Part shown: one piece after another, positions 27,848 through 38,265 of the stretch
Numbering within the stretch: the stretch's first letter is position 1
Layout: every line of letters begins with the position of its first letter
NCBI GenBank assembly: GCA_023413895.1
Contig: JAEZOU010000003.1
Coordinates: 148,265-212,264 of the forward strand
DNA: 64,000 nt
Origin: Bacteroidota bacterium
Lineage (GTDB): Bacteria; Bacteroidota; Bacteroidia; Bacteroidales; WCHB1-69
Reading direction: 5' to 3'
Program-made: the position numbers and the translations under genes
The notes under the pieces: model-generated
The model's input: only the letters and a program-made list of their open reading frames with translations
Databases searched by the model: none
What the model was told of the DNA's origin: nothing

Positions 27848-29899
27848 TTACCAAATGCGAGCTCGTTTTTCTGGAGCGATCCACATTTTATCACCTTCTT
27901 TAATATTGAAAGCTTCAATAAAAGAAGTAATATGAGGAAGGGTTCCGTTCACTCTCCATTTTCCTAAAGAGTGTGGATCTTCTTTTGTACGTTTGATAAT
28001 TTCTGCATCGCGGATATTACCTGCCCAAACATTAGCATAAGCGATGAAGAAGCGTTGTTCTGGAGTAAATCCGTCCATTTCTCCTTGAATTTCACCATCA
28101 GCAATTGCTTTTTGCATAGCTTGGAAAGCAATATTCACACCACCATTATCAGCAATATTTTCACCTAAAGTAAAGATACCATTAGCGAAAGTTCCAGGAA
28201 GAACTTCGATTGCATTAAAGTGATCAACTAGCACTTGTGTACGTTCTGCAAAATTTGCACTATCGATAGAAGTCCACCAATTTGTCATATTTCCATCTTT
28301 ATCGTACATTCTACCCTGATCGTCGAAACCGTGTGTCATTTCGTGTCCGATAACTACACCGATTGCGCCATAGTTTACAGCATCATCAGCATTCATATCG
28401 AAGAATGGAGGTTGAAGAATACCTGCTGGGAAACAGATCTCGTTAGTTGTTGGGTTGTAGTATGCATTTACCGTTTGAGGGGTCATCAACCATTCTGTTG
28501 GATCAACAGGTTTTCCGATTTTAGCAAGTTGATAATCATTTTCAAAACGACGAGCGCGCAATACATTTGCATAATAGCTATCTTTTTCGATAGAGAGGTT
28601 AGAATAATCTCTCCACTCTTCAGGATAACCAATTTTCACACGCATAGTATTTAATTTAGCAACTGCTTTTTCTTTCGTTTCAGACTGCATCCATTCGCCA
28701 GCATTAATTCTTTCGTTCAAAGAAAGTTTAACATTATCCACTAATTTCACCATTCTTTCTTTAGCTGAAGCTGGGAAATATTTTTCAACATAAAGTTTTC
28801 CAACCACTTCACCAAGAGAACCATTTACCACATCAACAACGCGTTTCCAACGAGGTTGATTTTCCTCTTTTCCACTAAGCACCTTTCCAAAGAAGTTGAA
28901 ATCAGCATCTACCATTGCTTTGTTTAAGTACGGAGCTGCAGCATTGATTACATTCCAAGCCAAATATGCTTTCAAGGTAGCTAAATCAGTAGTACTTACT
29001 GCTTTATCCATAGCTTTAAAATATTCTACTTGACCCACATTCACAGATTCCAAAGCTCCGAGTCCCATATTTTCGAGATACGCTTTCATATCAATGTTAG
29101 GAGTAAGGGTTTGCAAATCGCTAATTGTGTAGATATTATAGGTTGCTTCTGGATTTCGTAAATCCTCTTTAGACATAAAAGCAGCGGCCAACTTTGTTTC
29201 AAAATCGAAAACTGCTTTTGCTAAATCGGCTTCTTTACCTTCTGCATTTGCTAAAGCTGAATAGCCAGAAATTTGGAACATTTGGGTAAGCAATTTTACA
29301 TACTCATCTCTAATAGTTTGCAAATCTGCTTCAAGATAATATTCGCGAGCACCAATACCCAAACCTGTTTGCCACATCCAAGCGATAGTCATAGAACTAT
29401 TTTTAGGATCAGCTTCTCCAAACACACCAAAAAGAGGGTTTACACCATTTTTGTGCATATCAGCCAAAAGTGCTGGCAAATCTTTTACATTTCCAAGAGC
29501 TTGAATTGCCTCTAATTCAGGACGGATAGGTTCAACGCCTTGTTTTTCAATAGTATTTTCATCCATACCTAAATTATAGAGATCCCCAACCTTCTGCATA
29601 TCAGAACCTTTTTCATGTTCTGTTTTTGCAATTTCAGTAATCAAATCATTGATTTGTTTTTTGTTATTTTCGCCTAATTCATCAAAACTACCATAACGAG
29701 AATACTCAGCAGTAAGTGGGTGATTTTTCATCCAACCGCCACAAGCATATTGGTAGAAATCATCAGCAGGGTTTGCTGTGGTATCAAGATTTTCAAAATT
29801 TACACCTGAAGTCAATTCAGGAGTACTTTCTTTCTTCTTATTACAAGAAGAGAAGAGTAAAGCTGCGCAAATCATAGCAGGAATAATAACTTTTTTCAT
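27848..29899 (-). CDS. pepO: M13-family zinc metallopeptidase (PepO / endothelin-converting-enzyme-like) lipoprotein
   Basis: 683 aa with a lipoprotein signal (LLFSSCNK). The zinc site VIGHEMTHGFD and the downstream GENIADNGG are M13 hallmarks. Confidence 0.9.
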   Translation of the reverse strand: MKKVIIPAMICAALLFSSCNKKKESTPELTSGVNFENLDTTANPADDFYQYACGGWMKNHPLTAEYSRYGSFDELGENNKKQINDLITEIAKTEHEKGSDMQKVGDLYNLGMDENTIEKQGVEPIRPELEAIQALGNVKDLPALLADMHKNGVNPLFGVFGEADPKNSSMTIAWMWQTGLGIGAREYYLEADLQTIRDEYVKLLTQMFQISGYSALANAEGKEADLAKAVFDFETKLAAAFMSKEDLRNPEATYNIYTISDLQTLTPNIDMKAYLENMGLGALESVNVGQVEYFKAMDKAVSTTDLATLKAYLAWNVINAAAPYLNKAMVDADFNFFGKVLSGKEENQPRWKRVVDVVNGSLGEVVGKLYVEKYFPASAKERMVKLVDNVKLSLNERINAGEWMQSETKEKAVAKLNTMRVKIGYPEEWRDYSNLSIEKDSYYANVLRARRFENDYQLAKIGKPVDPTEWLMTPQTVNAYYNPTTNEICFPAGILQPPFFDMNADDAVNYGAIGVVIGHEMTHGFDDQGRMYDKDGNMTNWWTSIDSANFAERTQVLVDHFNAIEVLPGTFANGIFTLGENIADNGGVNIAFQAMQKAIADGEIQGEMDGFTPEQRFFIAYANVWAGNIRDAEIIKRTKEDPHSLGKWRVNGTLPHITSFIEAFNIKEGDKMWIAPEKRARIW

Positions 29900-29958
29900 T
29901 TCTTATAATATTGTTTTTCAATCAATTATACTAATGTATGCGTTTTTTTTAGAGTTGG

Positions 29959-29966
29959 CAAACTTA
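29959..29966 (-). promoter_or_regulatory. Bacteroidota -7 promoter box (TAAGTTTG on minus strand) for pepO
   Basis: The plus strand reads CAAACTTA, 60 nt upstream of ATG 29899. Confidence 0.45.
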
Positions 29967-29985
29967 AAGCAAATATTTCAATTTT

Positions 29986-30414
29986 TCAAGAGCGACGGCG
30001 ACAATGCACATCCGAAGAATCCCAAGATTGATATAGGAGTACATAATGAATAGTTCTGATAAGGATGATAAATACATCTAACTTATTATCTACAAACCAT
30101 TTAATAGCTTCATCTTCTTTTCTACAAGCTGCAGCAAATTTAGAAAGGAAAGAGCAATTGTAACGTTCGAGCCACTCGATAGCACTATCCACACTATCAA
30201 TAGCATCACTTAAGACTGCAAATTCAGGGAATCCATTATTCATCAGCCACTTAAGAGCATCTGTATCAGAGTGAATAGCTGCAGAGAGTGCTGCTAATTC
30301 GGGAAATCCATTTTGCATGAAGAAATCCGTAAATTGACGATTTCCCTTCAGACTCTCATTAAGAGCCAGCAGCAGTTTAGTATCATAGTCTGTTAAGCAA
30401 TGTAACTCTCTCAC
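29986..30414 (-). CDS. Small hypothetical protein built of ~25-aa tandem repeats
   Basis: 142 aa with a GTG start 2 nt after the glnS stop. The repeats are NGFPELAALSAAIHSDTDALKWL, NGFPEFAVLSDAIDSVDSAIEWL and YNCSFLSKFAAACRKEDEAIKWF. The periodic conservation supports real coding. Confidence 0.55.
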   Translation of the reverse strand: MRELHCLTDYDTKLLLALNESLKGNRQFTDFFMQNGFPELAALSAAIHSDTDALKWLMNNGFPEFAVLSDAIDSVDSAIEWLERYNCSFLSKFAAACRKEDEAIKWFVDNKLDVFIILIRTIHYVLLYQSWDSSDVHCRRRS

Positions 30415-30416
30415 AA

Positions 30417-32042
30417 TTATTGCTTTAAGCTTACAGTTTTATTAAACACGATTTTATCTGGAGTAGAATCCTTATCAATACAAAAATACCCTGTCCTTTC
30501 AAATTGGTAGTGAATATCGGCAGCATTTAGTTTTAAGTTTTCTTCCACCAATCCATCTACAACCACTAAAGAATTAGGGTTAATATAGTCTATAAAAGTC
30601 TTACCTTCTTCTGCATTATCAGGTTCTGGCACGCTAAACAATCTATCGAAGAGGCGTACTTCAGCTTTTTGGTGATGTTGAGCAGAGATCCAATGAATTG
30701 TAGCTTTCACCTTTCGATTGCTTTGTTCCATACCACTTTTAGTTTCGGGGTCATAAGTAGCATGAATCTCTGTGATATTACCCTCATCATCTTTTACGAT
30801 ATGAGTACATTTAATAATGTATGCATATTTCAAACGTACTTCTCGATCGATAGAGAGACGATAGAATTTTTTATCAGCATTTTCACGGAAATCAGCACGT
30901 TCGATATAAAGTTCGCGAGTAAAAGGGACTTCACGAGTTCCTGCCTCTGGGTCCTCGGGGTTATTTACAGCATTCATCATTTCCGTTTGGTTTTCAGGAT
31001 AGTTATCGATAATTAACTTCACTGGATCTAGCACAGCCATTGTGCGGGTAGCCACCTTATTTAGGTCTTCGCGAGCGCAAAATTCTAGGAGTGCCACATC
31101 AATTACGTTATCTCGTTTTGCCACGCCCACCGTTTCTGCGAAATTACGGATAGAGCGCGCGGTATAACCTCTACGACGCAAACCAGAGATAGTGGGCATG
31201 CGCGGGTCGTCCCAACCCATAACATATTTGTCTTGAACCAATTGTAACAATTTACGTTTACTCATAATTGTGTAATTCAAGTTCAATCTTGCAAACTCTA
31301 TCTGTTGCGGGTGGTGAATTTCTAATTGTTCGCAGAACCAATCATAGAGGGGTCTATGTACTTCAAATTCGAGGGTACAGATTGAATGGGTAATTCCTTC
31401 GATGGAATCACTTTGTCCATGTGCAAAATCGTACATCGGATAAATACACCACTTATTACCTGTTCGATGGTGGTCAGCATAAAGAATTCGATAGATGATT
31501 GGGTCTCGCATATGCATGTTTGGAGAAGCGAGATCGATTTTTGCACGAAGCACACGACTTCCTTCAGGGAATTCTCCAGCACGCATTCTTCTGAACAAAT
31601 CTAAATTTTCCTCAACACTTCTGTCTCGGTAAGGACTTGGTGTTGCGGGTTTAGTAGGCACACCTCTATTTTTACTAATTTCCTCTTGTGTTGAATCATC
31701 TACATACGCTAAACCTTTAGAAATCAGTCGTTCTGCCCATTCATATAGTTGATCGAAATAGTTTGAGGCATAGTATTCACCAGCCCACTGGAAACCCAAC
31801 CATTGAATATCCTCTTTGATGGAATCTACATATTCGACATCCTCTTTAGCAGGATTGGTATCATCAAAGCGGAGGTTACATTTTCCATCATATTTTTGAG
31901 CCAAACCGAAGTTTAAACAGATTGATTTTGCGTGTCCAATATGCAGATAACCATTCGGTTCTGGGGGGAAACGTGTTTGTACTTTTGCGTTATTTTTCCC
32001 AATTTTTAAATCGTCCTCAATAATTTCTTCGATAAAATTCAT
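30417..32042 (-). CDS. glnS: Glutamine--tRNA ligase
   Basis: The class I motifs HIGHAKS and IMSKRK (KMSKS-type) are present. The start is set at ATG 32042 (MNFIEEII) because a -7 box (32065-32072) lies inside the longer ORF. Confidence 0.93.
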   Translation of the reverse strand: MNFIEEIIEDDLKIGKNNAKVQTRFPPEPNGYLHIGHAKSICLNFGLAQKYDGKCNLRFDDTNPAKEDVEYVDSIKEDIQWLGFQWAGEYYASNYFDQLYEWAERLISKGLAYVDDSTQEEISKNRGVPTKPATPSPYRDRSVEENLDLFRRMRAGEFPEGSRVLRAKIDLASPNMHMRDPIIYRILYADHHRTGNKWCIYPMYDFAHGQSDSIEGITHSICTLEFEVHRPLYDWFCEQLEIHHPQQIEFARLNLNYTIMSKRKLLQLVQDKYVMGWDDPRMPTISGLRRRGYTARSIRNFAETVGVAKRDNVIDVALLEFCAREDLNKVATRTMAVLDPVKLIIDNYPENQTEMMNAVNNPEDPEAGTREVPFTRELYIERADFRENADKKFYRLSIDREVRLKYAYIIKCTHIVKDDEGNITEIHATYDPETKSGMEQSNRKVKATIHWISAQHHQKAEVRLFDRLFSVPEPDNAEEGKTFIDYINPNSLVVVDGLVEENLKLNAADIHYQFERTGYFCIDKDSTPDKIVFNKTVSLKQ

Positions 32043-32064
32043 AACATCTATTTTTAGCAAACTG

Positions 32065-32072
32065 CAAAAATA
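32065..32072 (-). promoter_or_regulatory. Bacteroidota -7 promoter box (TATTTTTG on minus strand) for glnS
   Basis: The plus strand reads CAAAAATA, 23 nt upstream of ATG 32042. Confidence 0.5.
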
Positions 32073-32333
32073 CAATAAACTTTTAAACCACGTATCTCAA
32101 AATGCGATTCTGCATTCTTTTTTAAGTTTTTTTCATATTGCAAAAACCTTAATGCAATGATTTTTCATCCAAGAAAAACAATATATTAATTAATAAAAAT
32201 AAATCAAAAACTGAAAATAAATCTAACAACAGAAGTATAATTTTGATATTTTTCTAATTTTCAGAGTAATATAAAAAAAAATAAAAAGAGAAAAAAAATG
32301 AAATTTTGAGGTTGAGAGTGTTAATTTATTCGT

Positions 32334-32341
32334 TATTTTTG
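32334..32341 (+). promoter_or_regulatory. Bacteroidota -7 promoter box (TATTTTTG) for the phosphohexomutase/acd operon
   Basis: TATTTTTG lies 18 nt upstream of ATG 32359. A TTTG at 32305-32308 is a possible -33 element. Confidence 0.5.
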
Positions 32342-32358
32342 CAAAAAACAGAAGAGAA

Positions 32359-34086
32359 ATGAATAGTATCACCGTTGAAAATATCAATAAATGGCTTTCT
32401 GAAGAATATGATGAAAACACCCACCAAGAGATTCTTCGCCTGCAGGAAGAGAATCCACAGGAATTAGAAGATGCTTTTTATAAAACCTTAAAGTTTGGAA
32501 CCGGAGGATTACGTGGAATAATGGGCGTGGGGACCAACCGTATGAACAAATATACCGTAGGATCTGCTACTCAAGGTTTTGCGCTTTATTTAAAGAGATG
32601 TTTTCCTAATGAAGTTATCAAAGTAGTTGTTTCATACGATTCTCGAAATAACAGTCGGTATTTTGCAGAAATTACCGCAGATATTTTTACGGCAAACAAA
32701 ATTCATTGTTTTCTTTTTGATGAGATGCGTCCCACACCGATTTTATCATTTGCTGTGCGCCACCTTCAATGTCAAGGCGGTGTAATGATTACGGCATCAC
32801 ACAATCCGAAAGAGTATAACGGATACAAAGCATATTGGCAAGATGGTGGACAATTAGTACCTCCTCACGACCAAAACGTAATCAACTATGTTAATCGTGC
32901 TAAGAGTGTGAATAAAATAAAATGGCAACGCAATAATCTCTATTTCCATAAGATTGGGACAGAGGTTGACAATGCTTATTTAGCGCTTCTCAAGAAACAA
33001 ATGTTCAATACAGATGAAATTACTCATCGTAAAAAATTCAAAATTGTTTATACACCATTACACGGAACAGGTATTACAATGGTTCCTAAAGCTCTAGAAG
33101 CATTAGGGTTTAGACACGTAGTACTAGTTGATGAACAAAGTATTCCTGATGGCAATTTTCCAACAGTAGAATCGCCTAATCCTGAAGAGCCATCAGCTAT
33201 GCAGATGGCTCTTAATAAAGCAGAAGAGGTTAACGCAGACATTGTACTCGGAACAGACCCCGATGCAGATCGTGTGGCTTTGGCAATTAAAGACCCAACC
33301 GGAAAATATGTTTTACTCAACGGAAATCAAACTGCTACGTTACTTTTTTACTATGTTCTTTCACAAAAATTACGTCAAAAAGCACTAACAGATTCTCATT
33401 TTACCGTTAAAACTATAGTTACTTCTGAACTGCTACAAACAATCTCTTTAGACTTTAACATACCCTGTTACAATGTTTTAACAGGATTTAAATATATTGC
33501 GGAGAAAATTTTAGAAAAAGAAGGGAAAGAAAATTTCCTTGTGGGTGGAGAAGAAAGTTTTGGCTATTTGGTAGGAGACTTCGTTCGCGATAAAGATGCC
33601 ATTTCAGCATGTTGTATGTTGGCAGAAATGGCAGTTCATGCAATTAGTAATCAAAGTTCTGCCTATAAAGAACTTCTCAACATTTACAAGAAATATTTCT
33701 TCCCCAAAGAACATCTTCTTTCCATTACCAAGAAAGGGAAAGAAGGTCTTCAAGAGATTAGAAATATGATGAAAGATTATCGACATAATCCTCCGAAAGA
33801 AATTGCAGGACAAAAAGTTGTGATTATTAAAGATTATCAAGAGAGAAATTCTCGCAATCTACTTACTGGAGAACGCCAAGAGATTCAACTACCCGTTTCC
33901 GACGTTTTGCAATTCTACTTGGAAGATAACACTGTCATTACAGTGCGGCCTTCTGGCACCGAGCCGAAAATCAAATTTTACTTTGGAGTTTCCACTACGC
34001 TTAAAAAATTTGTACATTTTGACAAATGTAATCAAATATTAACGGAAAAAATCGCCAAAATCATTTCAGACTTAAATCTAAACTAA
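32359..34086 (+). CDS. Alpha-D-phosphohexomutase family protein (phosphoglucomutase/phosphomannomutase)
   Basis: 575 aa. It has the active-site serine loop TASHNPKEYNGYK, the metal loop GTDPDADR and the sugar loop GGEESFG. Confidence 0.88.
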   Translation: MNSITVENINKWLSEEYDENTHQEILRLQEENPQELEDAFYKTLKFGTGGLRGIMGVGTNRMNKYTVGSATQGFALYLKRCFPNEVIKVVVSYDSRNNSRYFAEITADIFTANKIHCFLFDEMRPTPILSFAVRHLQCQGGVMITASHNPKEYNGYKAYWQDGGQLVPPHDQNVINYVNRAKSVNKIKWQRNNLYFHKIGTEVDNAYLALLKKQMFNTDEITHRKKFKIVYTPLHGTGITMVPKALEALGFRHVVLVDEQSIPDGNFPTVESPNPEEPSAMQMALNKAEEVNADIVLGTDPDADRVALAIKDPTGKYVLLNGNQTATLLFYYVLSQKLRQKALTDSHFTVKTIVTSELLQTISLDFNIPCYNVLTGFKYIAEKILEKEGKENFLVGGEESFGYLVGDFVRDKDAISACCMLAEMAVHAISNQSSAYKELLNIYKKYFFPKEHLLSITKKGKEGLQEIRNMMKDYRHNPPKEIAGQKVVIIKDYQERNSRNLLTGERQEIQLPVSDVLQFYLEDNTVITVRPSGTEPKIKFYFGVSTTLKKFVHFDKCNQILTEKIAKIISDLNLN

Positions 34087-34098
34087 ACACATAATAAT

Positions 34099-36159
34099 AT
34101 GATTAACAACAAATTAATAGATCCTAAAAGCATCGTTGTTATTGGTGCTTCCAATGACGTTTCCAAACCTGGTGGAAAAGTATTAAAAAATCTTTTAGAG
34201 AGCAACTTTAAAGGAGATGTTTATGCTATTAACCCTAAAGAAAGTGAAGTTCAAGGTGTAAAATGCTATAAATCAGTGGAAGAACTTCCTCAAGTTGATT
34301 GTGCAATCTTAGCAATTGCTGCCAAATTTTGCCCTGCAACCGTTGAAACCTTAGCAAAAGAGAAAGGGACTGGCGGCTATATCATTCTTTCCGCAGGTTT
34401 TTCTGAAGAGAACGAAATTGGTGCACAATTTGAGAAATCTATCGTTGACAGCATTAATAGTGTTGGTGGTAGTTTAATTGGTCCTAATTGTACTGGATTT
34501 TTGAATACTAACTATTGTGGAGCTTTTGACGCACCTATTCCATCACTTAGCAACCAAGGTGTAGATTTTATCACAGGTTCTGGTGCAACAGCAGTATTTA
34601 TTAAAGAATACGGAATGACCAATGGGTTGTCTTTCAATAGCGTTTGGGCTGTAGGTAACTCTGCACAAATGGGAATTGAAGAGGTTTTGGAACATTTAGA
34701 CACTACTTTCAACCCTGCAACTAGTTCTAAGGTGATTATGCTGTATATGGAAAATATCCGCAATCCTCGCAAATTGTTACAACATGCTACATCACTCATT
34801 GGTAAAGGTTGCAAAATTGCTGCTATTAAATCGGGAGGTTCTGCAGCAGGTAGTCGTGCGGCCTCTTCACACACTGGCGCATTAGCAACTTCCGATGTAG
34901 CTGTTGACGCACTTTTCCGCAAAGCGGGAATTGTTCGTTGCCACAACCGCGAAGAACTAACAACCGTTTGCTCTATCTTTATGCATCCAGAAGTAAAGGG
35001 TAAAAATATTGCCGTTATTACGCACGCGGGTGGTCCTGCGGTTATGCTTACCGATGTACTTTCTAATAATAGCTTGGAAGTTCCCCATATTGAAGGGCCT
35101 AAGGCTGACGAACTTTTAAGCAAACTATTCGCAGGTTCTTCCGTGGGCAATCCTATCGACTTTTTGGCAACAGGAACTGCAGAACAATTAGGCACAATCA
35201 TCGACTATTGCGAGAACGAATTCGACAACATTGACGCAATGGCTGTTATTTTCGGATCACCAGGGCTTTTTGCGAACTGGGAGGTTTACGATGTTTTAGA
35301 TAAGAAGATGAAAACCTGCAAGAAACCAATCTTCCCAATTCTACCATCTATTATCAACGTTAAGGAGGAAATTGCAGATTTTATTGAAAATAAGAAGAGA
35401 ATTAATTTCCCAGAAGAGTGCGTTTTTGGAAACGCATTAGCAAAAGTTGTAAACACACCTAAGCCACAACCTCTTGCACCAGAGATGCCACAAATTGATG
35501 TTGCTGCTATCCGTCGCGTTGTTGACAACTGCCAAGCTGGTTACTTAGGATTAGAAGATATTCGTACACTATTAGATGCTGCTGGAATTTCTCGCAAAAT
35601 GGAAGTTGAAGTTGACAATGTGGAAGCCGCAGTTGATTTCGCAAGAAAAGCTGGATATCCTCTTGTTATGAAAGTAGTTGGACCTCTCCACAAGTCAGAT
35701 GTTGGCGGCGTTGTCTTGAATGTTAAAGATGAAGAAACCGTTATTCGCGAATTCAATCGTCTTATCAAGATCCCAGAAACATACGCGGTTGAGATGTATC
35801 CAATGTTGTTTGGAACAGAAGTATTTATTGGTGCTTCTAAAGAGGAAAAATTCGGACACCAAGTATTGTTTGGTTTAGGAGGAATTTTCGTTGAAGTGAT
35901 GAAAGATGTTAAAGCAGCATTAGCTCCAGTTAGCCAATCAGAAGCACTTTCATTGCTAAAACAACTTCGTGGTTACAAGATTTTGAAAGGTGTTCGCGGT
36001 CAAGAACCTGTTAATGAAGAACTATTTGCAGAAACAGTTGCTCGTGTATCTGCATTAGTAACTGCAGCACCTGAAATTGCTGAAATGGACCTTAACCCAC
36101 TTTTAGGCACCTCCAAAAGCATTACTGCTGTTGATGCTCGCATTAGAATTGAAAAATAG
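34099..36159 (+). CDS. ADP-forming acetyl-CoA synthetase family protein (fused CoA-binding, succinyl-CoA-ligase-like and ATP-grasp domains)
   Basis: 686 aa. The N-terminal CoA-binding region (IVVIGASNDVSKPGGKVLKN), the phosphohistidine loop region (SSHTGALA) and the C-terminal ATP-grasp region (YPLVMKVVGPLHKSDVGGV) are present. Confidence 0.82.
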   Translation: MINNKLIDPKSIVVIGASNDVSKPGGKVLKNLLESNFKGDVYAINPKESEVQGVKCYKSVEELPQVDCAILAIAAKFCPATVETLAKEKGTGGYIILSAGFSEENEIGAQFEKSIVDSINSVGGSLIGPNCTGFLNTNYCGAFDAPIPSLSNQGVDFITGSGATAVFIKEYGMTNGLSFNSVWAVGNSAQMGIEEVLEHLDTTFNPATSSKVIMLYMENIRNPRKLLQHATSLIGKGCKIAAIKSGGSAAGSRAASSHTGALATSDVAVDALFRKAGIVRCHNREELTTVCSIFMHPEVKGKNIAVITHAGGPAVMLTDVLSNNSLEVPHIEGPKADELLSKLFAGSSVGNPIDFLATGTAEQLGTIIDYCENEFDNIDAMAVIFGSPGLFANWEVYDVLDKKMKTCKKPIFPILPSIINVKEEIADFIENKKRINFPEECVFGNALAKVVNTPKPQPLAPEMPQIDVAAIRRVVDNCQAGYLGLEDIRTLLDAAGISRKMEVEVDNVEAAVDFARKAGYPLVMKVVGPLHKSDVGGVVLNVKDEETVIREFNRLIKIPETYAVEMYPMLFGTEVFIGASKEEKFGHQVLFGLGGIFVEVMKDVKAALAPVSQSEALSLLKQLRGYKILKGVRGQEPVNEELFAETVARVSALVTAAPEIAEMDLNPLLGTSKSITAVDARIRIEK

Positions 36160-36185
36160 TATCAAATCCACTTATATTTTACCAA

Positions 36186-36217
36186 GGGATGCTCATTACA
36201 GCATCCCTTTTCTTTTC
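36186..36217 (+). terminator. Intrinsic terminator after the acd gene
   Basis: The sequence GGGAUGC-UCAUUACA-GCAUCCC is followed by UUUUCUUUUC. Confidence 0.8.
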
Positions 36218-38260
36218 TCAAAAGCTCAATATTATCTGTCCTTTTATCTCTGTTTTATGATTTGCATTAATCTCTTCTAACCCACTTCCAATAGAATTTC
36301 TATCTCGGAAAAGCAATCGTGAGATCTTAATTTGGCAATTTATAAAACGCCACTTATATTGACAAATCGCATAGAATTTCAACCCTTTTCCGTAATAACT
36401 TGCAATGGTAAATGTTTGAGTTAAATCATTCTCGTACGCATACAAACGCTCATTATAACTATCCGTATCAAATAGTGCAACACGAGCAATGAAAGAAAAA
36501 TTGGGTTTAGGAAACTTTACACTAAAATCTTGATATAGAAGTATTCCCGACATTTTCTCACCATTCTGATTCTTAGAAAAAATAAAATTCACACCTGTTT
36601 TTAGAGAGAAATAATCTAATCCGAGAACTCTCAATACAACGCCCAACTTATGAGAAGGCAAATCAACAATATTATTATAATATTGATTGCTAAAATTTTG
36701 ATATAAATGATAATATTTATACTGTAGTGTTCCTGATAGTGTGCGAGCTGGTGACCATTCCATCTTGAGCGAGAAATCTGCATATCGGGAAGGCTTATCT
36801 AAACGATACTTCAACCATAAGATTTGATAAAAATCGGATGATAGATTAAGTGTCAATTGAGGTAACAAAAAGAGTTTTGCATTGAACAACAATCCCACTT
36901 CATTATTCATCAGTGTATTGCGAGAATAAGCTCCCCCATAAGTTGCATAATAATACTTTCCATAATAGCGAAAAAGGAGTGACAAATGTAACCGCGGATG
37001 TAATTTTACTATGGCACCTTGCAAAACTGCAGGTGCTCCTTGAAATGTAGTCGCAACTTCTCCAAATAGGATACTATTTTTCACAACCCATTGATAATCA
37101 ATACTTATATTACCACCTTTGTCTCCAGTAAAGTGATAATATTGATAAAGATTTCCTGAATCATAATTGGGATACAAATAGTTATCTGACAAGGCAGAAA
37201 TTCCTATCTTAAAGCGAGAAAACCGAGTTGTAAAATTTCCACCATAAACCCAACAAGGTACAGTTTTTCGCTTACTTATTTCTGTATCCGTACGATAATA
37301 TCCCCCTATTGAAAGTGCACTCTCCAACAATGGAGTCTCCATTATCGTATCATTAAGTTGTGCATCATAGAAACGAAATGAACAAAATATTGTGGCCGAA
37401 TAACGATAATTACCTAATTCTACTGCAATTCCTCTAAAAAACTGAGATTCATTCATTGCCGTAGTCGGACGCAATGTAGCCACCATTTGGCGAGCTCCAT
37501 CAACTGTACCACTCCCCATACGCAAACTTTTTCCTAACAGTAAACCTTGTCCTATAGAAACCCGATAGTCCCCTAATATCAATGACTTTAACCAAGAAAT
37601 ATTCTTAATCTGAACATGTCCCGAATAGAAGTCAAATCCATATTTCTGAACGCCTCTCCCCCACTGCTCCCCAGCATCTTTTTCACCTGCGATTCCTAAT
37701 GAGAAATTATCGCCAGAAGTAAACGTATATTTAAACATCAACCTTTGCGGCGTTCCTAAATAGTGCGAATTACGCGTGGTATCATATCCTAATTTAGATT
37801 CTAAAAATTGTCCATAACGCAGCAACAACTTCTGTTTTGATCTTGGAAAAAATTTAGAAAAATATCGTTTCTTAGTTATAACAGGCTTTACATATATATG
37901 TGGCAAGAGTTTTCTAACCATTTCCTTATCGAACCCCTCTACAGCTGCCAACTCATACAACGACAACAGTTCTCCCGATTCATAAATATATTTTTTCAAA
38001 TGATAATATTGATAATCTGTCAGTTTTAAGAAAAGAAATGCTTGAGGCTCTGTCAAATCATTGATATTATATTTTTCCTCTTCTATCTGAAAATCTAATA
38101 ACTCTTCAACATCTTCCTCTTCCTCAATTTCTATAGTTTGCCATTCTATAGCATCAATAACCTCATCGATTATTGCAGAGCTCCGTGCCGATGTATCTAT
38201 CTGACAATAAACACGAAATATCAATAGGAGAAGCAAACATATTAAAATTATCTTCTTCAT
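36218..38260 (-). CDS. Putative outer-membrane beta-barrel protein with N-terminal acidic stretch and helix-hairpin-helix (ComEA-like) module
   Basis: The start is set at ATG 38260 (MKKIILICLLLLLIFRVYCQ, a signal peptide). An acidic run (EIEEEEDVEELLDFQIEEE) is followed by an HhH-like segment (LSLYELAAVEGFDKEMVRKLLPHIYV). About 540 aa of alternating beta-strand-like sequence then end in a C-terminal Phe (IILSF). Confidence 0.6.
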   Translation of the reverse strand: MKKIILICLLLLLIFRVYCQIDTSARSSAIIDEVIDAIEWQTIEIEEEEDVEELLDFQIEEEKYNINDLTEPQAFLFLKLTDYQYYHLKKYIYESGELLSLYELAAVEGFDKEMVRKLLPHIYVKPVITKKRYFSKFFPRSKQKLLLRYGQFLESKLGYDTTRNSHYLGTPQRLMFKYTFTSGDNFSLGIAGEKDAGEQWGRGVQKYGFDFYSGHVQIKNISWLKSLILGDYRVSIGQGLLLGKSLRMGSGTVDGARQMVATLRPTTAMNESQFFRGIAVELGNYRYSATIFCSFRFYDAQLNDTIMETPLLESALSIGGYYRTDTEISKRKTVPCWVYGGNFTTRFSRFKIGISALSDNYLYPNYDSGNLYQYYHFTGDKGGNISIDYQWVVKNSILFGEVATTFQGAPAVLQGAIVKLHPRLHLSLLFRYYGKYYYATYGGAYSRNTLMNNEVGLLFNAKLFLLPQLTLNLSSDFYQILWLKYRLDKPSRYADFSLKMEWSPARTLSGTLQYKYYHLYQNFSNQYYNNIVDLPSHKLGVVLRVLGLDYFSLKTGVNFIFSKNQNGEKMSGILLYQDFSVKFPKPNFSFIARVALFDTDSYNERLYAYENDLTQTFTIASYYGKGLKFYAICQYKWRFINCQIKISRLLFRDRNSIGSGLEEINANHKTEIKGQIILSF

Positions 38261-38265
38261 ACAAA

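Noticed and set aside
32223-32420. 65-aa minus-strand ORF in the glnS/phosphohexomutase divergent promoter region.
   Set aside because: It sits in extremely AT-rich promoter DNA and gives a phenylalanine/isoleucine/lysine-rich peptide typical of random AT-rich frames. It also overlaps the start of the plus-strand gene.
34512-35201. 229-aa ORF antisense to the acetyl-CoA synthetase gene. Similar antisense ORFs lie at 35286-35528 and 35541-35768.
   Set aside because: It lies entirely inside a well-supported gene on the other strand. The sequence is low-complexity (A/S/P/L-rich), as expected from the reverse frame of a GCN/GGN-rich gene. It has no promoter box and no recognisable motif.
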